From: Eledone cirrhosa
Taxonomy: Eukaryota
Assembly (NCBI GenBank): GCA_964016885.1
Contig: OZ024751.1
Span: 49,600,001 to 49,664,000, forward strand
Direction: 5' to 3'
Length of the DNA stretch: 64,000 bases
Shown in pieces: positions 1-14,546 of the stretch (its first letter is position 1; every line of letters begins with the position of its first letter). The notes under the pieces are model-generated. The model searched no databases. It was given only the letters and a program-made list of their open reading frames with translations, and had not been told where the DNA came from. A program made the translations under genes and the position numbers.

Positions 1-200
1 GCTAGGCACACAATCGTGAGTCATGATTTCGATTCACCCAGCAGGCGCCGCGTTGTGTCTCTGGTTACGTCACTTCATTTCACATTGCTCCAACTGTAAT
101 TCTCTGTGCCTGTAGGTCTTCACTCGCACTAAATCACCCTGACGTCTACCTTAAAGAGATTAGTGCTTGCATAAACCGGAGCACTCCTCGTCGTAAACGA
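1..200 (+). mobile_element. CORE-like tRNA-derived SINE (family S2), diverged, 5' end cut by window edge
   Basis: Aligns by eye to 7123-7240: TTCGATTC B-box-like motif, GGCGCCGCGTTGTGTC, CACTTCATTTCACATTGCTCC. Confidence 0.55.
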
Positions 201-939
201 CTAATGACCAACAGTAAAATATGAGCCAGTTTGGTGCATTAGTTTATATGTGTATCAGAAACCGTGTCTCCTCGTCTACAATAGCTAACCATATGGTGAT
301 ATGATAGAAATATCTGGCCATTAAAACTAATACAATGTCGGTGCATTAATATAAACACAACGTAAAATCAAACAACTGTGCTTGTCGCAGGAAGTCATTC
401 GGTACAAAATATATTAACCAATTTAGATTTGTAATAGTGTTTCGCTAAATTCTTTACTCGTATTACAGTTATATTATTAAGTATCATTCATCTAATGCAT
501 ACACATTGGATTAAATACATATACACATACAATCACACACAGACATACACACACACAAATACTCACACATAAACACACACAGACACACAGACACGCAAAC
601 ACATACACAGATACTCAGACACAACACCCAAAAACGCACACACATACACACACACATATATATATATGTTTTTATTTGCGTGTATATATGTATAAATGTG
701 TAGATATATGTGTATATAAAGACATATATATATACACACACACACATAGAAACACACACACATATACACACGCACATACACACACACACTCACATATATA
801 TATATATATATTATTATACTGAGCATGTAAATATGTAGATTAGTAAATCTCATATTGGTTATGTCTAGTGAAACAGCTTTTGAAATTAGGTGTTAGTAAT
901 TTTTATCCTGAATTATATATATATGTCTGTGTGCATGCA

Positions 940-1045
<106 letters not shown>

Positions 1046-1417
1046 GGTGTGAATGCACCCTGATGTCCTGGATAAATTACATATCAATCAATTCAATGGA
1101 CTTGGAATACATACACTACATCCAGATTTATTGCCACGATAATGCAGAGCAATTTTCATTACAGCCCTAAATGTTATTTGTCTACGAATTGTGAAGTATG
1201 TGTGAAATCTATTCCGGAAATGGACGTATTTTGCAGCCTTTTTATATTTTCTGATATAAATTTTCTCAGACAACAGGGCAGACGATAAAAACCTACTCTT
1301 CCAACAATATCAACAGCAAAACAAATGATATGTACACACAGACTTATATCAACCCTACTTTCCTCACACATATTTTCTCGTAGCAATAAGGGTAATGCTG
1401 AAGTTGTCTTTATTTGA

Positions 1418-1455
<38 letters not shown>

Positions 1456-1515
1456 GTGGGTGTGTCTGTAACTATGTATTAATGTATGAATCTAAGTGTA
1501 TATGTATGTATATAT

Positions 1516-1962
1516 ATTTGTTTTGCGAGGTTTTTTAGATGAAATCGTGTGTCGAAACAGATATTGTTATACTTGGGGAGGGTCATATTGTTATAATATT
1601 GCCAGAAATAATAACAGAACACACTCATTGTTTGGTTGGTATTCGCTTCTGTATCTTTTATATCTCCATAGTTAATTCATCCGGCAATCAATGTTTATCA
1701 TTGATTGACCAACGGTCAAAAATCCAGAAAGAAATATATATATATATAGTCTAACAAAGTTCTTTCGTTGCACATCTGCAACATTATCAGTTGTGCTATT
1801 ATGTTTCCTCCTGTTGTATTGTATGTCTACGCCATTTTTATTTTATCTGGAAACAGATAAGATAAAAATGTTGTAGATATATCAACCAAACAGTGAGTGT
1901 GTTCTGTTATTATTTCTGGCAATATTATTACAACAATATGACCCTCCCCAAGTATAACAATA
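1516..1962 (-). mobile_element. Penelope-like pLTR fragment (family B) with inverted partial copy
   Basis: Shares the ~50-bp terminal block GAAATCGTGTGTYGAAAC.GATATTGTTATACTT.GGGAGGGTCAT with family A, whose pLTR follows a GIY-YIG ORF. 1875-1962 is the reverse complement of ~1561-1655. Hammerhead-like core on minus strand at ~1754-1795 (CTGATAA variant). Flanked by TA repeats. Confidence 0.75.
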
Positions 1963-2084
1963 TGTATATATATATATTTCTATCGATAGTCGATCGACGA
2001 TATCCCAGGCAATATTCTCTTAACGAGATTTTTCCATTGTTCTTTCGAATTGCTAATACCATCTGACGGTCGCAACTACAGGTA

Positions 2085-2205
2085 GAAGGAGTAACGTGAA
2101 ATAAAGTGTCTTGCTCAAGGACATAACGCATCGCCCGGTCCAGGAATCGAAATCACAACCACAGGATTGCGAATCCAATACTCTAACCACTCAGCCACAC
2201 CCCTT
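2085..2205 (-). mobile_element. CORE-like tRNA-derived SINE (family S2)
   Basis: Reverse complement reads GGGTGTGGCTGAGTGGTTAGAG..TTCGATTCCTGGACCGGGCGATGCGTTATGTCCTTGAGCAAGACACTTT: A/B boxes plus CORE-type TGTCCTTGAGCAAG motif. Confidence 0.75.
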
Positions 2206-2758
2206 CATATATATATATATATATAGGTATAAATGCATCGAGATTATCAGTTAGCAATTAGACCGTTTGGTTAAAGAGCGAATGCTGTCTTCAACAGCTT
2301 TGCAATATGAGTTCCATATTTATTCCATGTTGTCGAGGTAATCCCTAAAAAGGTGATCCTAGCAATGAGATAGAATGTATGTTAGGGAATAGTACAAGAA
2401 TCCTTCCCACTTGTCATCATCGACTTCCCGTTTGGAATGAGAAATATTTGGTTTCCTAATCAATTTTACGTATGTACAAATCCTAATGCGTGGGTGTATG
2501 TGGGTGTATATTATATGCATATATATATATATATATATATTTCGTTTCTGAATTTGTTTAACAAGATTCTTTATCTGAAATCGTGTGTTGAAACCGATAT
2601 TGTTATACTTTGGGAGGGTCATGTTGCCAATAAGAAACACACGCACCAGTTGCTTTCACTTCAATTTATTGTATATTTATAAATTTATAAATTTACAAAT
2701 CTACAAACTTATAAATTTCTGGTTGGTTGGTTCCACAACCAGATAGTTGTTTATATAT

Positions 2759-2803
2759 AGTCATAGTCCTTTCGTCACACACTCTGTGACCTCTTCAGTG
2801 ACT
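2759..2803 (-). ncRNA. Minimal type I hammerhead ribozyme (family A pLTR)
   Basis: AGTCA-CTGAAGA-GGTCACA..TGTGAC-GAAA-GGAC-TA-TGACT; stems I and II pair. Further copies at 3583-3625 (+), 12062-12106 (-), 45850-45894 (+). Confidence 0.8.
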
Positions 2804-3072
2804 GGGGATTCCTTTCTTTGTTTCTGTGCCTTTCCTTTCTTCTGTCCTACGCCATTTTGTTCCTGTGTGTGTGTTGTGTGCTCATTTTGCGCATGCGCCA
2901 CATCCGGGTGTCTGTGTGTGTTTGTGTTCATTTATCTATTTGTTTATTTATTTACATGTTGTTGGTTGGTTGTTTGTTCTATGTGTGTGTGTGGTTTTTT
3001 TTCTTTAATGTGTGTGTGTGTGTGGGTTTTTTTTTATGTGTGTGTGTGTTTTTTTTGTTTTGTTTTTTGTCC

Positions 3073-3584
3073 TTAATTGTAAGTTGTGATGTTGCTGTTC
3101 CACTCATATTTTCTATTTAATTTTGGTTGTAATTCTTTTATGCTTACTGCCTCTGTAATTTGCCTAAACATTGCATCTTTTCTGTGTGTGGATTCTATTA
3201 TTATTTCTATGTTCTCTAATTTACCCTTGTGTTCTATCTTAGCATGTTGGTAGAGTACAGATGATTCTTTATTATCTTGAAGGTCTCGCCAGTGTTCATT
3301 TATCCGTTCCCCTATACTACGAGCTGTCTCACCTATGTACACTATATTTTTGTTTCTACATTGTCCTTCAGTACATCTTATGCTATACACTACATTTCTA
3401 GTTTTACAGTTAATATGGAGGCTTATTTTACAGGTTATACATTTCTTATCTATACATGAGGGTCTTTGGAACGGGTATGTTTTGCTAATAAGTGTTTTTA
3501 CGGAGGTACCTGGTCTTTCTACTATCTTAATATTGAGTTTATGTTTATTTAGGGCCCTTCTAAATTTGTAGGCTAGTTCGCCTC
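3073..3584 (-). pseudogene. PLE GIY-YIG endonuclease C-terminal fragment
   Basis: VYSIRC..C..YIGETARSIGERINEH...QH...H...RQITEAVSI..LNRKYEW; upstream Cys-rich linker matches 43907-45145. Confidence 0.9.
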
Positions 3585-3783
3585 ACTGAAGAGGTCACAG
3601 AGTGTGTGACGAAAGGACTATGACTATATATAAACAACTATCTGGTTGTGGAACCAACCAACCAACCAGAAATTTATAAGTTTGTAGATTTGTAAATTTA
3701 TAAATTTATAAATATATAATAAATTGAAGTGAAAGCAACTGGTGCGTGTGTTTCTTATTGGCAACATGACCCTCCCAAAGTAT

Positions 3784-3819
<36 letters not shown>

Positions 3820-3821
<2 letters not shown>

Positions 3822-3895
3822 ATAATAATAAATTTGACGACTAAAACCCAAAGAGAGCTCGATAAGGATAAATATATATCAAATATTTATTAAAA
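3820..3895 (-). mobile_element. 3' tail fragment of fold-back family I
   Basis: Reverse complement resembles 55600-55665 (TTATCCTT.TCGAGC.CTCTTTGG.TTTTAGTC.TCAAATTTATT). Confidence 0.6.
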
Positions 3896-4570
3896 TATAT
3901 ATATATTAGTCCAAATATTTATTAAAATATATAAATTGATTTTTTTATATTGTTAATTATGCTAATTAGAAGAAGAAATAGTATATATTTTATCTGATGA
4001 TTCTAAAGACCTGATTTATGATATATATGTATATATATATAGAGATAGAGATATATATGTGTGTGTGTGTGTATATATGTATTTATGTGTATATGTAAGA
4101 GTATATCTATATATATATATATATGTATACAGAGAGAGAATGGTGTGTATTTGTATGTCCCGGGTGTGAATGTATGTCCCGGTCTACATGTGTGTGAATA
4201 TGTGGGGGGGGGGCGTGTGCGTGTGTGTGTGTGCGTGGGTGTGTGAGAGAAAGTGCGAGAGAGAGATGTAATCACTCCGACATATACACGGAAATAGCAT
4301 TCACGTTGAGACATTCAATGCATACAAAAATAAAATGTCTGCCGAATTTATTTCTACTTTCATTATTTTATTTTTGCTGTAAACTACATCTACCTACCCT
4401 GAAGATGTACAAGCTGAGCAAAATATCTATTAATCAATGACGTTTCTCGAATGTTTCACCAAATATTTAATTCATGCTACTGATCAGAGCAACGCTCAGA
4501 TAAATTCCGTCTCACATCTCCAAGCTATCACTTTCACAAATGTATATGTTTATATATACATATATATATA

Positions 4571-4762
4571 TAGGAACAAGTAAGACCCCGACGGCTGAGC
4601 TCAAGCCGTTTTGACGGCTAATTCTGTACAGAATTAGCCGTCGAAACGGCTTGAGCTCAGCCGTCGCGGTCTTACTTGTTCCTATTACCCACTCTACTAC
4701 CCTAAGTATTGGGTACTTTGGTGCGTTATGGTCCGCCTGGTTCCTTACCACATTTCCTTCGT
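4571..4762 (+). mobile_element. Fold-back PLE-end insertion (family C)
   Basis: ~57-bp arms 4571-4627 / 4628-4685 around AATTCTGTACAGAATT, then a unique tail 4686-4762. Contains hammerhead 3' half GAAA-CGGCT..AGCCG-TC. TA flanks. Confidence 0.75.
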
Positions 4763-4783
4763 TATATATATATATATATATAT

Positions 4784-5510
<727 letters not shown>

Positions 5511-5563
5511 CGTTATATATATATATGTATATATATATAACGAAGGAAATGTATATATTAATA

Positions 5564-5751
5564 GGGCGGTGGATTGGCAGTATCGGTAGAGGGTCGGACG
5601 CCATGCTTTCCAGCATAGTTACGTCCCTTTACGATCTGAGTTCAAATCCCTCCGAGGTTGACTTTGCCTTTCATCCTTACGGGGTCGATAAAATAAAGTA
5701 CCAATAATGCACTGGGTAATTGCTGGCCTTGTGCCTAAAGTAGAAACAATT
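5564..5751 (+). mobile_element. tRNA-type SINE (family S1, short subtype)
   Basis: GGCGGTGGATTGGCAGTATCGGTAG..GAGTTCAAATCC (B box)..GCCTTTCATCCTTACGGGGTCGATAAAATAAAGTACC..GGCCTTGTGCC.AAAGTAGAAACAATT; about 17 copies in the window. Confidence 0.9.
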
Positions 5752-5756
5752 AATAT

Positions 5757-5792
<36 letters not shown>

Positions 5793-6315
5793 TATGTATA
5801 TATGGATGTGCATGTGTTTCTTAATGTCATCCATATCGCATAAGTACCGAATAACTTAAATTTTATATCGGACATATTCCCAACCTACAAGTGGAATAAT
5901 GGAATGTGTAGCACACTCTAGAGATAAATCAACCCCCTAATATATCTTTCGTTCCCTAGAATGACTCTACACATTTATATATGTGAACGTGTGTGTATAT
6001 ATATATGTGTGTGTGTGCGCGCGGGTTAGTTTCTGCTTGTGTTTGAATGCATATATATGGTTTTCTTTTATATATATTAAACAAACATACTTCTCACCAT
6101 CAGTAGCCGTTAAATGTGGGCAGACACGTGTTTCTGTTTTTTTTTTTTTTACCTGTGGTCTATGACTTTTACTTCCTCGGTACGTGGCAAATAAGAAACT
6201 ATTGTGTATATATTTCTTGGCATGACACATTTGTCGCAGATTTATCATTAGTAAACACATATAAATCTACATCATATATTTGTCTTATGAAGTTAGATCA
6301 TAACTTATCTTCAAG

Positions 6316-6770
6316 TTAGTTTTGCGTGGTTTTTTATATGAAATCGTGTGTCGAAACAAATATTGTTATACTTGGGGAGGGTCATATTGTTGTAATACTA
6401 TTGCCAGAATTAATAACAGAACACACTCACTGTTTGGTTGGTTTTCACTTCTGTATCTTTTATATCTCCACAGTTAATTTATTCGGTCCTCAATGTTTCC
6501 CATTGACTGACCAACTGTCAAAATTACACATATAATATAGCTACAAACACATATATATAGTCTAACTAAGTTCTTTCGTTACACATCTGCAACATCGTCA
6601 GTGGTGCTATTATGTTTCCTCCTGTTGTATTGTATGTGTACGCCATATTTATTTAATCTGTTTATTTATTTTTTTTCTTCTTCCCTGCGCATGCGTTTGC
6701 GTGTGTGTATAGTTTTTGATGTGTTCGTGTTTGGGTGACTGTTTTGGTTATTGTATTCTATCTTCAAATT
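6316..6770 (-). mobile_element. Penelope-like pLTR/3'UTR fragment (family B)
   Basis: Colinear with 1516-1850. Minus-strand hammerhead core CTGACGA-TGTTGCA..TGTAAC-GAAA-GAAC-TT at ~6565-6605. Confidence 0.75.
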
Positions 6771-7122
6771 GATGTTTCGTAATTCTTAGTACTAGAAGTA
6801 ACAGTTGTTAGTTTCACAAATCCACAATTGAATGGTATATGCTTGAACAATTGAACTCAGTCTTTTAATGTATGTTTGATAAGGCAATGCGATTTATCCC
6901 TCATCGTTATTGCAACATTGAGCTGAATGGAGATAACGAGTCCCTTGTTCCCTGTAAATGACAGGTACTACCGTAACCGTGTTATATATTCGTCATTCCT
7001 AACAAATAAAATAAATAAAACTTTGTCGATCGACTTTCGTCAAATCGGACCGAGGAAACAATGTTTCCGTTGATCTTTCCAATGGCTAATACAATCTATC
7101 TGATCAGATCACAACTCCAGTG

Positions 7123-7240
7123 AAGGCTCGTGGCTGATTGGTCAGAGAACTTGATTCTCAATCGTGAGGCTGTCAGTTCGATTCCTGGACCAGGCGATGC
7201 GTTATGTCCTTGAGCAAGACACTTTATTTCACGTTACACT
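7123..7240 (+). mobile_element. CORE-like tRNA-derived SINE (family S2)
   Basis: TGGCTGATTGG (A box), GTTCGATTCC (B box), TGTCCTTGAGCAAGACACTTT; matches 2085-2205 and 31300-31392. Confidence 0.75.
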
Positions 7241-7690
7241 TTCTACCTGGAGTTCCTAACAAAACAATCATTTTATTACGGTATAACTTCATCGCAGTTT
7301 CTTCCTTTTTTTCATTACATTTTTTTTTTAAAGCAAATACATTTTGAATGGTATATTATCATACTAGCTTCTGGATCTCTAGGAATCGATAAGATTTGTT
7401 GTAGGATGATTGATAGATATTATCGGGTTTACCCGATATACGTGTTTACCAGATAATTCGGTGATCTAAGTGTTATATGTTACTGTAATTTCTGATATCG
7501 AATGGATAACCAATCGTGTCTCTACACTTATATTCAGATAAGGTAATTGGTGTAGCGAATATATAATTCGGAATTATGGGTAACCAATTTGCAATTCTAA
7601 TATACACGACATATAACTCTAACTAGAGCCTAACAGAATTTAGCAAAGTTTTCCATTTCAGACTTCCTGATGGATCAAGTAATATGTATT

Positions 7691-7780
<90 letters not shown>

Positions 7781-7880
7781 ATGTGTGTGTGTAGATGTGT
7801 AGATGTGTGTATGTATGTGTGTATGTATACATGTATGTGTGTATATATGTACGTATATATGTGTGTCTGTATGTGGACGC

Positions 7881-7926
<46 letters not shown>

Positions 7927-7941
7927 CTGTATATATATATA

Positions 7942-8052
<111 letters not shown>

Positions 8053-8492
8053 GTACATTGGTAAGTCAGTGTATATGTGTGTGTGTTTATGTTTGTGTCT
8101 GTCTGAATCTGTCACTGTGTCTCTGTGTTTTTGTGTGTGACTGTCTACCTCTGTATGTATGTGTGTCAGTGTGTCTGTATGTGCTTGTGTATGTGTAAAG
8201 ATGGATACTTGTCTTGAAAACAAAGAGCAATAGAACAATGGTACGAGTTGTGACTGGAAGTGATATGAAAATAGTATCAGTGTCTTCTTTAAATATGATT
8301 AGATAATCGTGTATATTCCTTCGTAACACACGTCCTGTAATCTCCAGGGATACAAGACTTTCTCTACAGAAATATTTAATCAAAAGTTAACTGAGAAAAA
8401 TTCTAGTGTAATCGAGGTTGAAACTGATGTCCATCTTGTTTTGTCTTGCACAATATTTTGTAACTTGTTAAGATAAATATTTCTATTTATTA

Positions 8493-8871
8493 ATGTTTCT
8501 AATTTTGGCACAAAGCCAGCAATTACCCCAGTGCATTACTGGTGCTTTGCTTAATTTACCCTGTAGGAATGAAAGGCAAAGTTAACTGCACCGGATTTGA
8601 TCTCAGAACGTAAAGGGCCATAATTCTATGCTGCAGAACATAGTGTCTCATGCTCTACCGATACTGCCAAACCACCGTCTTATTCTATTTAATCATTGTT
8701 TATACTTTTGGCACAAGGCCAGCAATTACTCCAGTGTATTATTGGTACTTTATTTTATCGACCCCGTAAGGATGAAAGGCAAAGTTAACCTCAGCGGGAT
8801 TTGAACTCAAACCATAAAGGGCCATAACTCTTTGCTGCAAAGCATGGCGTCAGACCCTCTACGGATACTGC
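8493..8871 (-). mobile_element. Two tandem SINE S1 copies (8493-8679, 8696-8871)
   Basis: Both are reverse complements of 5564-5751. Confidence 0.88.
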
Positions 8872-10308
8872 ATCAACGATATGTTTATATTATTTTATTT
8901 TATTCTTTCACAAGCTGTCCTCTTTGAAATTCCATTATAATATTAAAACATATCCCTAATATTGCTCATGCGATCCAATACAGTAGATTCAATATGTTTT
9001 GTTTTAATGCTAGAAATAACAGCCAAATCTCTTTCCGAGTCGTCTTCGAAAATAAAACTAGATTAACACTAATATACACTTTTGTAATGACATTGTAATA
9101 CCTACATAAATGTGTACGCTTACCTGGATAAGGATGGCTAAGACAGAGATAAAATTATTACAAAATGCTAGATCACTGGTTCTATATTCTTATATTCAAA
9201 ATTATATCGCAGATATCTTAGATTAACATGGCGGACTGTGGTTGCTTAAATATCATTATTTGGGATTTCAGCACGCTAACTGAACATCTAGATATCAATG
9301 TCAATTAAGCTATGCCCGCCATTGGACTTGTCATTCCATCTGTGTTACGTGTCACGTGCAACAACGTTTGTGACCTGGATTGTAATGATGACAACAGTAT
9401 ATCGTCTGCCTTCTATTATTCTAGGTTTGACATCTGAGAGGACAGGCAGCAAATAGAAACGCCGTTGACACAAATCCACAGATATATAGATATGCTAAAT
9501 ATTGCATTAGTCAACCCAGCAGAAACGTAAGATCGTTCTCTCTGCATAATCAAAAATCAGGAATTAAAAGTGTATAACTCTAAAAGTAACCAGGCCACAT
9601 TCAATTTATTTGTCCTTTGGTATATAATTCGATATTTTATTAACTAGGCCAGAGCTCTGACTGTTCCCCACCTTTGTTGTGTAATGTGCCTTTCTTTTTT
9701 TGTTTAACACATCTTTTTACTTAATGTAACCCACCTTCTTTGTATACTTACTCTTTGGCTCTCTAATGATTGAGCCACACTCTTGTTGTAGAATTCAGTA
9801 CTCATACATAATATAAGTTAAATAGAATTTTAAAATAATATACAACCAGAAAATAGTTACAGCACGAGTATAATATTGATATAGAATAATATAGAAATAT
9901 ATAGAAAATAATCTGATTGACATAGAGATACAGGAAAGCTAATATAGATGAAGAGATCTGTTACGTAAAGTTAAAAGCTAGTATTGATAATAGATCAGTT
10001 ATTACATGAGTGAAATAGTGATACATAAAGCATAGATAGCACAGAGTTATGAGATATAAATGGACAATAGTTATGACATTAGTGAATTAAAGAAATATAT
10101 GGTATAGATAAAGAAGATTAATGAGGTGAGAAGACTGGAAATATATAAGTTATAAATGGAGGCCAGTTATGACATGTGTGAAATTGAGATATACAAGATA
10201 TATATTGAGAAGAGATATGACATGAGTGGAATAGAAGGAGCGTTTTTACCAAGAACAGGATAATAATCTGTTGAAGTGACGTGACATACCGCTTTTGAAA
10301 TATGTATG

Positions 10309-10339
<31 letters not shown>

Positions 10340-10348
10340 ATGTATATA

Positions 10349-10581
<233 letters not shown>

Positions 10582-10636
10582 GTATATATATATATATATA
10601 TATACGTATATATATATGTATGTTTATATATATATA

Positions 10637-10673
<37 letters not shown>

Positions 10674-10680
10674 GTATATA

Positions 10681-10719
<39 letters not shown>

Positions 10720-10752
10720 GTATATATATATGTATGTATGTATATATGTATG

Positions 10753-10792
<40 letters not shown>

Positions 10793-10825
10793 TAGACAGA
10801 TAGATGATAGATATATATATATATG

Positions 10826-10920
10826 AAAATGTTTAACCCCGACGGTAGAGCTCAAGCCCTTTCGACGGTTATTTCTGGTGCCTTATGGTCCATTTGGTCC
10901 CGTACCATCCTCCTTCGTTA
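10826..10920 (+). mobile_element. Family C fold-back remnant
   Basis: TTAACCCCGACGG.AGAGCTCAAGCC.TTTCGACGG.TATTTCT joined directly to the family C tail end TGGTGC.TTATGGTCC..CCTTCGTTA. Confidence 0.65.
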
Positions 10921-11027
10921 TATAAATATGCATGTATGTATATATGTATGTATATATATATATATATATATTGATTTTTGCGTTTCGTTTCGCCTTTCCT
11001 ACCCGCCGAAATGCGATTCTCACTGAA

Positions 11028-11375
<348 letters not shown>

Positions 11376-11388
11376 TAATATATATATA

Positions 11389-11438
<50 letters not shown>

Positions 11439-11439
<1 letters not shown>

Positions 11440-11634
11440 AAAGGATAACAAGGACGACTGGTTACTCCTTCATTACATTTATTGGTAGGTGACGCGCGTT
11501 TCGCCACTGATCAGCTCAAGGTTCGATCTGTATCGATCCTACCCGACTCATCACAGCTCTACACCTCATCACATAAGTGAACCTAAACATCGAGTGCTCT
11601 CCCGGGTGAACCTGCAGTAACTCCAAGTTACACC

Positions 11635-11638
<4 letters not shown>
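11439..11638 (-). mobile_element. Probable PLE-type 3' end with degenerate hammerhead
   Basis: Minus strand has GTGATGA...GAAA-CGCGCG-TC followed by AATAAA; bounded by TA tracts. Confidence 0.45.
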
Positions 11639-11674
<36 letters not shown>

Positions 11675-11883
11675 AACCACAGACCCTCCATCTCAATTCT
11701 ACTTTTGAAAAGCAGAAGAACAGCGAAACCGGTAAAGGAACCAAATAAATATACATATTAAAAAAAAAAGACTCCAGTTGCATTTTCGATTTCATCTTTT
11801 TTCCTTATATATATATATATTCTCTGCTGTGTATTGAGTACCTTACTTACTGTCGTTACCCCCAATTGAAGCCCGGATAAACT

Positions 11884-11915
<32 letters not shown>

Positions 11916-11916
<1 letters not shown>

Positions 11917-12300
11917 TGTTATACTTTGGGAGGGTCATGTTGCCAATAAGAAACATACGCACCAGTTGCTTTCGCTTCAATTTATTATAATAAATTTATA
12001 AATTTAGGAATTTATAAATTTCTGGTTGGTTGGTTCCACAAGCAGATAGTTGTTTATATATTGTCAAAGTTCTTTCGTCACACATTATGTGACCTCTTCA
12101 GTGACTGGGGATTCTTTTCTTTGTTTTTGTGCCTCTCCTTTGTTCTGTCCTACGCCATTTTGTTTCAGTGTGTGACACACACAGAATCAACTGGTGCGTG
12201 TGTTTCTTATTGGCAACATGACCCTCCCAAAGTATAACAATATCGGTTTCAACACACGATTTCAGATAAAGAATCTTGCTAAACAAATTCAGAAACGAAA
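11916..12300 (+). mobile_element. Family A pLTR fold-back with no coding sequence
   Basis: 11916-12170 is a tail-less pLTR on minus with hammerhead at 12062-12106; 12188-12300 is the pLTR end plus tail on plus. Confidence 0.88.
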
Positions 12301-12312
12301 TATATATATATA

Positions 12313-12508
12313 TAGTTTTAATATAGAAGAGATTCTACAGGACTAGAACTGTTTCATTCTTTAGAAATCATCAGGATTCCTGATGATTTCTAAAGAATTA
12401 AACAGTTCTAGTCCTGTAGAATCTCTTCTATATTAAAACTGTTATACTCTGCAATGTATTGAGTACCTTACTTACTGTGGTTACCTCCGATTCAACCCGG
12501 AATAACGT
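12313..12508 (+). mobile_element. Fold-back insertion (family D)
   Basis: ~64-bp arms around TCATCAGGATTCCTGATGA. Minus arm carries intact CTGATGA-TTTCTAAAGAAT-GAAAC. Tail 12442-12508 also occurs alone at 11821-11885. Confidence 0.8.
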
Positions 12509-12949
12509 ATATATATATATATATATATATAGTGAGAGTGAGAGAGAGAGAGAGAGTAAGAAGCGGGAGGTGGTGATGGTGGTAATAGTAGCTAAAGTTC
12601 TTGACCAATAAGGGGGAGGAGGAATGCAAAGATAAAAAGAAATTAGAGGAAGAGGAAGGAAGTGAAAAGTTGAATAAAACAAAAGTAGAAGGAAAAGTAA
12701 ACGAAAGAAGATGAAAAAGAAGGAAAGGAATAAGGATCAGACTAACATCACGGACAAATGCGAGATAACAAATACAACAGCAACAACAACAACAACAACA
12801 GCAACAGCAGCAACAGCAACAACAGCTACAGCAACAATATTAGCAACAACAACAACAACAACGCCAATAACGATAACATCAATAGCAAAGAACATAAACA
12901 AGCAAGAATAAGCAAGCACAGCAAACATCAAGAATGAGATAAAGAGATA

Positions 12950-12974
12950 GAGAGTGGGTGAGTGAGAGCATGAG

Positions 12975-13008
<34 letters not shown>

Positions 13009-13168
13009 TGGCAAAGAGGAAGTGAGAGCGAGAGAAAGAGAGAATTAGAACGTGAGAACGAGAGTGTCAGAGAGATAGAGAGAGAGAGATAGAGAGAGGG
13101 AGAGAGAGTGGCAGAGAGAAAGTGAGAGCGAGGGAAAGAGAGAAAGAGAGCTTAAGAACGAGAGTGTC

Positions 13169-13203
<35 letters not shown>

Positions 13204-13815
13204 GTGAGAGAGAGTGGCAGAGAGAAAGTGAGAGCGAGAGAAAGAGAGAATTAGAACGTGAGAACGAGAGTGTCAGAGAGAGAGAGGGGGGAGAGAGAGT
13301 GGCAGAGAGAAAGTGAGAACGAGAGAAAGAGAGAATTAGAACGTGAGAACGAGAGTGTCAGAGAGAGAGAGGGGGGAGAGAGAGTGGCAGAGAGAAAGTG
13401 AGAGCGAGAGAAAGAGAGAATTAGAACGTGAGAACGAGAGTGTCAGAGAGAGAGAGGGGGGAGAGAGAGTGGCAGAGAGAAAGTGAGAGCGAGAGAAAGA
13501 GAGAATTAGAACGTGAGAACGAGAGTGTCAGAGAGAGAGAGGGGGGAGAGAGAGTGGCAGAGAGAAAGTGAGAACGAGAGAAAGAGGGAAAGAGAGCGTA
13601 AGAACGAAAGCAAGAGAAAGAGAGAGAAAGAGAGAGAGAGTGTCAGAGAAAAAGGGAGAGCGAGAGAAAGCGTGAAAGAGAGCTTGAGAACGAGATCGAC
13701 AGCGAGCGAGAGTGAAGCAGAAAGAAAGCGAGAGCGATAGATTGAGAACGTGAGAACGAGAGCGACAGAGAGAGAGAGGGGGGGGGGCGAGAGCGAGAGA
13801 AAGAGCGAGAAGAGA
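12950..13815. repeat. Purine-rich GA repeat with ~85-bp tandem unit
   Basis: TGGCAG recurs at 13300, 13385, 13470, 13555 (period 85) inside (GA)n. Confidence 0.9.
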
Positions 13816-14130
13816 TGAAAACGATGTTGGCTTTAATATGTAATCCATTAGACTGGTCAGTGTAAGTGAACGGCCGAGATGGATGTGACATGTTTGCATG
13901 AGGCGTTAGATAGTGTCGGCTTGGCTTGGCTTGTAAACACGAAACAACCATCAGAACTATTAGAGTGGAAACACCGGTCCAAACTGGTAGCAACTGCTGT
14001 AAACATGCAAAGATCAGCTGAGCCATAGTAGAGGCAGCTCATACACACATATGGCAACACGTAGAGCCAGAAAGAGGAAGGGTGATAGTCAGAGACAGCG
14101 AGAGATGGAGGGTATGTGTTTATGTGGGTG

Positions 14131-14164
<34 letters not shown>

Positions 14165-14179
14165 GTATATATAAATATT

Positions 14180-14215
<36 letters not shown>

Positions 14216-14463
14216 CATATATATATTACATATATATATATTACATATATATATATTACATATTACATATATATATATTACATATATATATATTACATAT
14301 ATATATTATATATATATTACATATATATATATTACATATATATATATTACATATATATATTACATATATATATATTACATATATATATATTACATATATA
14401 TATATTACATATATATATATTACATATATATATTTACATATATATATATATATAAATATTTAC

Positions 14464-14499
<36 letters not shown>

Positions 14500-14546
14500 G
14501 TATATATAAATATTTACATATATATATATGTATATATATATATATA

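Larger units (their letters stand above)
2541..3790 (-). mobile_element. 5'-truncated Penelope-like element (family A) with inverted partial pLTR
   Basis: 2541-3584 (minus) holds the GIY-YIG coding end, 3'UTR and pLTR with tail. 3583-3790 (plus) is an inverted pLTR copy that starts at the hammerhead and lacks the tail. TA tracts on both sides; near-identical to 45168-46118. Confidence 0.92.

Noticed and set aside
2568-2600. Second, antisense hammerhead in the family A/B tail (CTGAAATCGTGTGTTGAAACCGATA)
   Set aside because: Lacks a proper CTGANGA and a pairing stem II.
7123-7200. tRNA gene candidates at SINE heads
   Set aside because: A/B boxes are present but no complete cloverleaf, and each continues into a SINE body.
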